Assembly (NCBI GenBank): GCA_043797085.1 | Contig: JAZDQA010000012.1 | Coordinates: forward strand, 64,001 to 128,000 | DNA from: Pseudomonadota bacterium | GTDB taxonomy: Bacteria > Campylobacterota > Campylobacteria > Campylobacterales > Sulfurimonadaceae | DNA: 64,000 nt | Direction: 5' to 3' | Shown here: piece after piece, positions 49,793 to 57,454 of the stretch | Position numbering within the stretch: the stretch's first letter is position 1 | Layout of the letters: every line of letters begins with the position of its first letter | The notes under the pieces: model-generated | What the model was told of the DNA's origin: nothing | Databases searched by the model: none | What the model saw: only the letters and a program-made list of their open reading frames with translations | Position numbers and translations under genes: made by a program

Positions 49793-50656
49793 CTAACGAA
49801 TACTTACAACATTGCGTGTCACGACATCCAACGTATCGGTAATGGTGAACGTTTGATAAGGGATTTTTAGCGAAGATTCTATCATTAATGCTGTCGAAAA
49901 AACGCCGCTAATAACGGCAGAGTGGGAAATGACGGTTGCGGAAAGGAGTTTTCGAGATTGTTCTTGTTTACTGATAATGTGGGAAAATTGACGCTCTTGA
50001 ATCCGGTAATGTCTCTCATAATCTGCTGATGTGGTTAAGGCGGCATCACAAAGATCGACATACATGAGATTTACTGCGGGGTTAATAGGATTTTTTATCC
50101 CTATTTTAAACGCCTCACCATCGGGCTTTTTCCCTAAAGCATATAAATCACCCCCAAAATTGACAAGGGCACTCTTTATTTTCCTTTTTTTTAGAATTTC
50201 AACCGCTTTATCCACCGCATATTCTTTCACCAATCCCCCTAAGTCGATCTTGGTAAAAGGATTGTCAAAAACTATTTTCCCTTTTTTAATCTCAAAATGG
50301 TCACATCCGACATAAGGGGTATAGCACTCTTTATACGATTGAACCTCATCCAATGTATCGAGTTTAAACATTGGTTTTAAAGTTGCCACTGTGATATCGA
50401 ATAAGCCGTTTGTCTGGGTATAAAATGATTTGGCTCTTTGTAAAAGATCTTTGGTTTGCATATCAATGACCTGAAGTTCTCTGGAATTGATTTGTGAGAC
50501 AACCGACATTTCATCAAAATAGTTGTATTTTTTTTCCAAAGCCTTAGTCATGATTAAAATCTCTTTGGCAACCTTAGCAGCTTCTTCTTTATTGGGTAAA
50601 TAAATGACGACCTCGCATGGAGTCGTCATCGCTTCAAAGTGAAAAATATTTTTCAT
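49793..50656 (-). CDS. apbE: FAD:protein FMN transferase (ApbE family), no signal peptide
   Basis: FEAMTT, TNGLFDIT, IDLGGLVKEYAVD, VNFGGD, TTSADYER and HII. Confidence 0.9.
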   Translation of the reverse strand: MKNIFHFEAMTTPCEVVIYLPNKEEAAKVAKEILIMTKALEKKYNYFDEMSVVSQINSRELQVIDMQTKDLLQRAKSFYTQTNGLFDITVATLKPMFKLDTLDEVQSYKECYTPYVGCDHFEIKKGKIVFDNPFTKIDLGGLVKEYAVDKAVEILKKRKIKSALVNFGGDLYALGKKPDGEAFKIGIKNPINPAVNLMYVDLCDAALTTSADYERHYRIQERQFSHIISKQEQSRKLLSATVISHSAVISGVFSTALMIESSLKIPYQTFTITDTLDVVTRNVVSIR

Positions 50657-51771
50657 TAAAATTTATATTTTAATCCTGTCGTAAAATAGAGTGCTTTCAA
50701 TCCGGTACTTTGTTCATACAAGTTGGCACCAAAATTATAGTTCAATTTATCGTTAATTTTGTAATCGATACCCATTTTATAAGTTATGGCATTAAATGCA
50801 TTCACCCGTTCATCACTGGAAGCAAATTTTTCATTGCTAAAGCTCTCCCCATAAAAATTAGCTTTCGTTTGCGTATAATAGCGGATACCACCACTCAGAA
50901 TAATATCACTTCCCACTTCATAATAGAGAAGAGAATCGACCGTATGTGAGGTAATATCCCAATCATCATTGTAAAATCTATAACTCAATTGCGAAGAGAA
51001 TCGATCATCAAAAGCTTTTTGATAGCCCAATTTAATTCCGTAACCCGCTTTTGCATCGGGCTTTAGTTCATTAGTAACTACATTAGTATTTCGAATAATA
51101 TTATGATACGGGCTACTTAAAAAACCCGATTCATTACTGTAAAACACCCCGATATTAGCGATACTTGAAGTATCAATCACTTGTATAAATCCAACTTGAG
51201 CATTAATTACACTGCTTGTCATTTTTGCACTTGCACCACTAGAAACGTCACATGCAGTGTGTTGGTTACATTGAATAGTTATTTCATTATTTTGGTATGA
51301 GCCTCCGAATAATATACTTTGATTATGGGAGTCATCCAAATAATGGAGATATGACGTACTGAATTCCAATGAATCAAAATCATGCTCACTGCTGGAGCTG
51401 AATCCAATTTGCAATTCATCCCGATTTTTAAACCGTGTCGTCAAATTGGCGTTTCCAGCGTTACGCTGCTCCTCAAACGCGACATTCCCTTTTTTAATAT
51501 TCGTACTTGTACCTCTGCTATACGATGATGCCCCACTTGTTGCATCATAATAAGTAGGGCTTGCTCCACTAACGCTATCAGTGACAATATCCACATTCAG
51601 AGTATAATCGGTACCGAAATCTTTGTTAACCTCTATCGATGGTGCTATAACACTCACTCTGGAGTCATTTTCACTGTAATGCAAAATCTGTACGTTGACA
51701 TAATCTTGCGCCGAAACGTTCATACTGACAATCGCTAAACTTGCAATAAAAGATAATTTACTCAATTGCAT
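50656..51771 (-). CDS. DUF3570 family outer-membrane beta-barrel-like protein
   Basis: Signal peptide, DSVSGAS, GFLSSPY, YRFYNDDWDITSHT and C-terminal YKF. Confidence 0.82.
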   Translation of the reverse strand: MQLSKLSFIASLAIVSMNVSAQDYVNVQILHYSENDSRVSVIAPSIEVNKDFGTDYTLNVDIVTDSVSGASPTYYDATSGASSYSRGTSTNIKKGNVAFEEQRNAGNANLTTRFKNRDELQIGFSSSSEHDFDSLEFSTSYLHYLDDSHNQSILFGGSYQNNEITIQCNQHTACDVSSGASAKMTSSVINAQVGFIQVIDTSSIANIGVFYSNESGFLSSPYHNIIRNTNVVTNELKPDAKAGYGIKLGYQKAFDDRFSSQLSYRFYNDDWDITSHTVDSLLYYEVGSDIILSGGIRYYTQTKANFYGESFSNEKFASSDERVNAFNAITYKMGIDYKINDKLNYNFGANLYEQSTGLKALYFTTGLKYKF

Positions 51772-51974
51772 CCGCAACCTCCTCCGCCGATACTACCGCC
51801 CCCTTTGGTGGCTTCTTTTGAGTAATGAATATGATCATCGTATTTTTTAGTGAGTTTATTGATCCCACCCTCTTTCATCGTCTCTTTCGCCAATATCGAT
51901 TTTTCCCAAGGTTGAACCTCTTTAACACACCCGCTCAACAAAAGGAGCGGCACCAACATTATCAATCGTTTCAT
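51762..51974 (-). CDS. DUF4266 family small lipoprotein
   Basis: Lipobox LSGC, VQPWEK and C-terminal GGGCGCN. Confidence 0.85.
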   Translation of the reverse strand: MKRLIMLVPLLLLSGCVKEVQPWEKSILAKETMKEGGINKLTKKYDDHIHYSKEATKGGGSIGGGGCGCN

Positions 51975-52402
51975 TATTTTCCCTCACATAACCGAAGCTG
52001 TTCTTCTATTTTAATTTCTAAATCGGGGACTGCTCCAAAAATCTTGCCACAGTTTTGTCCATTTTTAACAATATAAATCGCTGGCATCCCCATTGGTTTG
52101 TATTGAGAAATGATTTTATTTGAACTGTCATCAACCACATAAAATGTGAAATATTTTTTTAGTTTTTGCTGAAACTTTTTAGCATCATTTGGATTTTTAT
52201 CGACATCGATACCAATCACTTCAATATTTCGACTTTTGAGCTTCGGTTCTATTTTGGAAAGGATCGGTATCTCTTTCTCACATGACGAACACCATGAAGC
52301 AAAGAAATCGAGTACATACGTTTTATTAGGCGAAAGCATTAATTGCTCGCTTCCCAGTGCGAATGTCACAGACGCGGTTAAAAGTAATAATGTTTTTTGC
52401 AT
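51974..52402 (-). CDS. TlpA-family exported thioredoxin-like protein
   Basis: Signal peptide, DFFASWCSSC and the GMP cis-Pro loop. Confidence 0.88.
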   Translation of the reverse strand: MQKTLLLLTASVTFALGSEQLMLSPNKTYVLDFFASWCSSCEKEIPILSKIEPKLKSRNIEVIGIDVDKNPNDAKKFQQKLKKYFTFYVVDDSSNKIISQYKPMGMPAIYIVKNGQNCGKIFGAVPDLEIKIEEQLRLCEGK

Positions 52403-52531
52403 AAAGCCCCCTATTTCGTTTGAATTATAGATGGACATTATGAATTTACAATGAAAAATCTGAAATGTTACGAAATCTATTTTTTATCTTGATCTCTCAA
52501 TAATTGATCGGATTAATACAAAAACTGTAAT

Positions 52532-53125
52532 TCAGCTCTTACGGAATCCGAACAATTCAAGTGAACTTTTCGTCGCACGGGCGATAATACTCTGCTCTGG
52601 TCGAAACATCGCATTGGAAATCACTTTGACACACTCCATGATCTCCTCAAACCCATGATTGGGATAGGTGCTTTGGAGAACGATCCTATCCATACTCATC
52701 TGCGCTAACACCTCTGTATCAAACGCTCCGATATTTCCCATCCCCATCGCGAGGTAAAAGTTAGGGAGATTTTCATGCTCACGCGTAGCATTGAGGATAA
52801 TCCCTCTGCACTCACCCAAAGAATCAATCAGCGTCTCATTGAGATACGCTTCATCGATGACAATCGGTTTATCACTCATCGTGACACTATCCTCATCACT
52901 CACAATCGAAAATGCAACACACTTTCCATCCGCTTTATCCCGTAAATGCAACGGCACAGAGTAAAAGATACTCTCATATTCATCCGCGATTTTTTGGGTT
53001 TGCTCTATCTCGGAAATCGTTTTGGGATGGAGGATAAACATCTGCACCATCGTATCTTCTATAATCTCATCCAAATTATCGAAAAAATCTTCATCAGCAT
53101 TGCATAAATTGACGTCAATCGTCAT
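52532..53125 (-). CDS. Degenerate TatD-like protein
   Basis: MTIDVNL, IFYSVP, MSMDRIVLQSTYP and TKSSLELF parallel the TatD fold elements, but the metal ligands are missing. Confidence 0.6.
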   Translation of the reverse strand: MTIDVNLCNADEDFFDNLDEIIEDTMVQMFILHPKTISEIEQTQKIADEYESIFYSVPLHLRDKADGKCVAFSIVSDEDSVTMSDKPIVIDEAYLNETLIDSLGECRGIILNATREHENLPNFYLAMGMGNIGAFDTEVLAQMSMDRIVLQSTYPNHGFEEIMECVKVISNAMFRPEQSIIARATKSSLELFGFRKS

Positions 53126-53211
53126 AAGTCCCCTTTGGTTTATACTTGACGTTAGGTATGCAAATACGATTCTATCCGCTATCATTGCATCCACAAGAAA
53201 AAGGATCAACT

Positions 53212-53403
53212 ATGGACGGCAAAGAACGAAAAAATATTATGTCAGGCAAACGGGTGAGCATTGTCCTCAAAGAGGATCAAAGTACAGGGATATTGACAGA
53301 GGGAGTTGTCCGTGACATCCTCACCAAATCACCGAACCATCCGCATGGGATTAAAGTACGGTTGATGAGCGGAGAAGTGGGACGGGTTAAAGAGGTGTTT
53401 TAG
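53212..53403 (+). CDS. YwbE/DUF2196 family protein (copy 2)
   Basis: 63 aa from ATG 53212 after AAGGA; 51 of 63 residues identical to copy 1. Confidence 0.88.
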   Translation: MDGKERKNIMSGKRVSIVLKEDQSTGILTEGVVRDILTKSPNHPHGIKVRLMSGEVGRVKEVF

Positions 53404-53458
53404 TCAATTTTGGAAAAAGTCAGATAAAATAATTTCCACTTATTCTCTTCAAAGGTAT

Positions 53459-54226
53459 ATGATGAATCTCAGTAACATAGAACAAGAAGAATATTGTACA
53501 TTTTTATTATTTAAACGTCATGTAGAAGTATTACGTACTTTACGCCCTGATATATATATGTCATTTGGGAATGATGAGCATGCTTTTAGCATTAAAGGAG
53601 AAGATGCAAAAAACATGGATGACTATGAGTCGAAAAGGCAAATAGTAATGGCGTTAAATGCTTCAATTATCCTAAACACAACAAGTTTTTTTGAAGGGTT
53701 TTTAGAAAATATTCTACTTAGAAAAATTGGAAAAACAACAGCACTTCCTGAGCATATAAAAAATATTATCGAAGAATATCAACAACAAATATTACGAATA
53801 AGTTCATTTGCTGACTTCAAAAAGTACTTTCAAAAGCTTTTTCACAAAAAAATCACTGATGTCCTTAATATGAAAAAAAATGATTTAGATTTTATTGATA
53901 AGTTCTACACTGTAAGACATTTATTATCTCATGGTTCATGCTTAGATACTGCATCAATAAAATTAGAAATAGGTAGAAAGCTTTTTCATACGGATAGTGC
54001 TTACATTGCATTGATGAAAGCCTTGCAAGAAAGATACTCCCATAAATATGATTTAAATATTGATTTTATGAGCCTATTAAATTTCAGTGAAGTTATTGAT
54101 GATTTTAGTAACACGATTTTTGATATTGCAACAAAATTAGCTGAAGAATTAAAAAAAAATAATTTGATTGATTCTTCAGGATTCTGGGGAGATTTTTCAG
54201 GACGAGGAATGTGGGGAGAAATTTAA
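53459..54226 (+). CDS. AT-rich hypothetical protein with HEPN-like Rx4H motif
   Basis: SFFEGFLE followed by a downstream VRHLLSHG; visibly more AT-rich than its neighbours. Confidence 0.65.
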   Translation: MMNLSNIEQEEYCTFLLFKRHVEVLRTLRPDIYMSFGNDEHAFSIKGEDAKNMDDYESKRQIVMALNASIILNTTSFFEGFLENILLRKIGKTTALPEHIKNIIEEYQQQILRISSFADFKKYFQKLFHKKITDVLNMKKNDLDFIDKFYTVRHLLSHGSCLDTASIKLEIGRKLFHTDSAYIALMKALQERYSHKYDLNIDFMSLLNFSEVIDDFSNTIFDIATKLAEELKKNNLIDSSGFWGDFSGRGMWGEI

Positions 54227-54241
54227 TCTATTCTTTTAATC

Positions 54242-54892
54242 TTAAAGGCTATTTAATAGTGTAGTAATTTCAACTACTTTCCCCTTACTATTCCCCTTCA
54301 CATACTCCACAATCATCCCATGAAACCGCGCAAACGTCTGTTGCAGGATTGATTCATCGAAGTGCTCACGAATCCCCCGTTCACACCATTCTTGAAGCTC
54401 ATCATACCCCTCGAACTCATACCCGAACGCTCTCAGAAGCCGTGCGGTGTAACTGTCCACTACCATCGCATCTCGCAAGCACGCATAACAGAGTATCGCA
54501 TCGGCACTCTCAGGACCGATCCCCTTTTGCGCCAATAACCACTCTCGATCAACCTCTAAAGAAAATTCTTCAAACGAACCAAAACTTTCGCTAATAGCGT
54601 TGCAGAGTAAAATGATATTTTTGGCTTTTGCTTTTATCAGTCCGCTGGGGCGGATTAGCTCCATCAGTATTTCTGGGTCTATGTGGCGCAGTGCTTCTAA
54701 GCTAAGGTATCCTGAGTGTGAGAGGTTCTCTAACGAGGTAACAACTCTGCTCCATTGGGTGTTTTGGGTGAGGATGGCACCCACAACCACTTCAAAAGTG
54801 CCGTGTTGCGGCCACCAAAGGGGTTGTGTGTGTTCGAGGAGGTTAAGACGATCAAGGGCGGTGTAGAGTTCATAGGAATCGGTTAAATGCAA
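54242..54892 (-). CDS. HhH-GPD DNA glycosylase (MagIII / 3-methyladenine glycosylase-like)
   Basis: WWP, GAILTQNT, IRPSG, KGIGPESADAIL and VVDSYT. Confidence 0.88.
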   Translation of the reverse strand: MHLTDSYELYTALDRLNLLEHTQPLWWPQHGTFEVVVGAILTQNTQWSRVVTSLENLSHSGYLSLEALRHIDPEILMELIRPSGLIKAKAKNIILLCNAISESFGSFEEFSLEVDREWLLAQKGIGPESADAILCYACLRDAMVVDSYTARLLRAFGYEFEGYDELQEWCERGIREHFDESILQQTFARFHGMIVEYVKGNSKGKVVEITTLLNSL

Positions 54893-54916
54893 AAAAGCTC
54901 CTTTATTAGATACCTG

Positions 54917-54981
54917 TCCGTTCGTGGTGAGCCTGTCGAACCATGAACTGATTACCCTTCGACAGGCGCAGGGCGAACGGA
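54917..54981. repeat. REP-like long imperfect palindrome
   Basis: TCCGTTCG..CTGTCGAA-loop-TTCGACAG..CGAACGGA; a GC-rich intergenic island. Confidence 0.7.
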
Positions 54982-54988
54982 AAAATCA

Positions 54989-55798
54989 TTACTCCTCAAT
55001 CCACGCATCGGTTCTAAACACACGTCCGTCATCAAATATTTTGAGTTTAAACGCTTCGGTGCATTTGCCCTCTTCGAGTGTCATGATAGCGATTTGGAGA
55101 ATTTTACGGCATTTTTCCGGTACTTCAAAACGTCCGGCCATACCGGTAATAAATCGTTCCAAAGGCACTTTAGCATCCATTCCGATAACATTGTCTCGAC
55201 ATCCGCTCAAACCCATATCTGTAAGATACGCTGTACCTTTTGAAATTTGAAAATCATCACTTCCTACATGGGTATGGGTTCCGATGATGCCGCTTGCTTC
55301 GCCTTGAAGCAAAATCATCATGGCACGCTTTTCACTCGAGGCCTCTGCGTGAAAATCAAGGAAGATATGGTTAATTCCTTCTTCTTTAAGTTGCGCTACA
55401 GTATCACGAGCGCATCGAAAAGCATTATCGACATACGGCATCCCATAATGCCCCATGATATTAAGTACGGCAAGCTTTTCACCTGCTACATCAAACACTC
55501 GGCATCCGCTTCCAGGTACACCTGCTGGATAATTGTGAGGGCGAAGCAAAGGAAGTGATTCAAGGAGAGGGAGTATATCTTTTTTATCCCATGTATGATT
55601 TCCGCCGGTCATCACATCGATACCGCAATCAAAAAGCTCTTGGGCATTTTTTAACGTTAAACCAAAACCGTGGGAGGCATTTTCGTAGTTGGCAATGACA
55701 AAATCTATTCCGTACTCACGTCTAAGTTTTCTAACGTGTTCTTTAATCATCACGCGTCCAGGACGACCGACGACATCCCCTATAAATGCTATTTTCAC
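54989..55798 (-). CDS. YmdB/TIGR00282 family metallophosphoesterase
   Basis: GDVVGRPG, NYEN, TGGNHTWD, DFHAEASSEK and GTHTHV; GTG start. Confidence 0.92.
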   Translation of the reverse strand: MKIAFIGDVVGRPGRVMIKEHVRKLRREYGIDFVIANYENASHGFGLTLKNAQELFDCGIDVMTGGNHTWDKKDILPLLESLPLLRPHNYPAGVPGSGCRVFDVAGEKLAVLNIMGHYGMPYVDNAFRCARDTVAQLKEEGINHIFLDFHAEASSEKRAMMILLQGEASGIIGTHTHVGSDDFQISKGTAYLTDMGLSGCRDNVIGMDAKVPLERFITGMAGRFEVPEKCRKILQIAIMTLEEGKCTEAFKLKIFDDGRVFRTDAWIEE

Positions 55799-55841
55799 TA
55801 CTATTGCCTCGTATATTAATAATGAAAGTGTATCATTACGT

Positions 55842-56339
55842 ATGTTAAAGTACATCAACGGTTACAATCAAGCCATTAAAACTCAAATAGAATCTTTACT
55901 GCACCAAAATAAACTCGGTGAATATCTTCTCAATCGCTATCCCGATACGCACAGTTATACCACCGATAAGAGTCTCTATGATTATGTTATTGATTTAAAA
56001 AACAACCATTTACGCAACAGCTCTCCCATCTCAAAAGTCCTCTACGATACCAAAATTCGAGATTTGCAATCGGCATTGGGAACGCATACTTTTATATCTC
56101 GCGTCCAAGGCGGTAAACTCAAATCCAAAAATGAGATTCGAATCTCTCATCTTTTTAAAAAAGTGCCTGAACCGTTTTTACGAATGATCGTCATCCATGA
56201 ACTTGCCCATCTCAAAGAAAAAGATCATAATAAAGCGTTTTATAAACTCTGCACCCATATTGAACCCTCATATCATCAGCTTGAGTTTGATGTGCGGTTG
56301 TATTTGTCACAGCGTGATTGTCACGGAGACATCTACTAA
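55842..56339 (+). CDS. YgjP-like M48 metallopeptidase family protein
   Basis: SRVQGGKLK, HELAH and HNKAFY; probable start MLKYING. Confidence 0.85.
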   Translation: MLKYINGYNQAIKTQIESLLHQNKLGEYLLNRYPDTHSYTTDKSLYDYVIDLKNNHLRNSSPISKVLYDTKIRDLQSALGTHTFISRVQGGKLKSKNEIRISHLFKKVPEPFLRMIVIHELAHLKEKDHNKAFYKLCTHIEPSYHQLEFDVRLYLSQRDCHGDIY

Positions 56340-57454
56340 ACTCTTACTAACTCCACTAACGTCTCATAATGTTCCGTATGGGGAAACATATCAAACAATT
56401 GCACTTTTTTAACGCTGTACAAAGATAAATAATCCAAATCTTTTGCCAAGCTCGTTGCATTACAGCTTGAATAAATAATCCGTTTCGGAGCACTTCTCTC
56501 AAGCCATTTGCATAATTGTTCCCCCAAGCCTCTGCGCGGAGGATTTACAATGACGATATCCACATTTTTTCCTGACACAGCGGTAAAACTTGCCGTATCC
56601 ATTGCCTCAAAGCGAAGGTTATCGAAGCCGATTAATGCAGCCGAATCACGAGCACAGGCAATGGCTTCACTCTCGATTTCTATTCCGACAATTTCTCGAT
56701 CAGCTGCCGCACAATGAAGGGCGAATCCTCCGACACCGCAAAAAAGGTCCCAGATCACTTTCGGTTTACTTTCCCCTACCCATTCTGACGCCGTTTTATA
56801 CAACTTAGCCGCGACATCGGTATTGGTTTGAAAAAAACTTTTAGGTCGTATAAAAAGAGGGATACCGTTTAGCCGCTCTTCGAGACGAGTACTCTCCGTC
56901 AAAAAAATCTCTTCCTCACCCTCTAAAATTGCCATATGAATCGGTTGAATATTTGCAGTAACAACTTTTAGCTCAGGACACTGTGCAATCAATCCACTCA
57001 AACCATTTTGAAGCCGTGAAATCACTCCATGTGAACGTAAAACAAAGCGGAGCATCATAGAATTATTCTGTCTACTTCGCGTCAATAAAACGTATTTTAG
57101 TTCACCCTTTTTCAATCTCACATCATAAGCTTTGATACCCAAACTACGCAACCATACTTGTGTAGTTTCCAGTACATGCTGCATCGAGGCATCATACAGC
57201 GGACATTGAATCAAGCTTACGTCTTCTGATAGTCCAAGCACTACACCATCACGACTAGGGATTGCTACCATCTTGGCCTTGTTTCGAAATCCTTTTAATG
57301 GACTGGGAGAGGGTTTCAGATATTCTTTAGGAGCAAATTTAAAAAGTAACTCATGTAAAAGCACACTTTTTTGTTTTAACTGCTCCGCATAAAAAAAGTC
57401 AATCCAAGAGCAAGAACGGCAGACTTGTGCATCATAAAAAGAACAAAAACTCAT
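56336..57454 (-). CDS. rlmC: 23S rRNA (uracil-747-C5)-methyltransferase
   Basis: N-terminal Fe-S Cys (CRSC), FRNKAKM, SFFQTN, WDLFCGVGGF, VNPPRRG, YSSCN and DMFPHT. Confidence 0.88.
   Translation of the reverse strand: MSFCSFYDAQVCRSCSWIDFFYAEQLKQKSVLLHELLFKFAPKEYLKPSPSPLKGFRNKAKMVAIPSRDGVVLGLSEDVSLIQCPLYDASMQHVLETTQVWLRSLGIKAYDVRLKKGELKYVLLTRSRQNNSMMLRFVLRSHGVISRLQNGLSGLIAQCPELKVVTANIQPIHMAILEGEEEIFLTESTRLEERLNGIPLFIRPKSFFQTNTDVAAKLYKTASEWVGESKPKVIWDLFCGVGGFALHCAAADREIVGIEIESEAIACARDSAALIGFDNLRFEAMDTASFTAVSGKNVDIVIVNPPRRGLGEQLCKWLERSAPKRIIYSSCNATSLAKDLDYLSLYSVKKVQLFDMFPHTEHYETLVELVRV

Noticed and set aside
46612..54226. Prophage or integrative element
   Set aside because: There is no integrase, transposase, phage gene, tRNA or att-like repeat; it is better described as a variable region.
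54924..55250. 108-aa plus-strand ORF
   Set aside because: It starts inside the palindromic repeat and is antisense to the ymdB-like gene.
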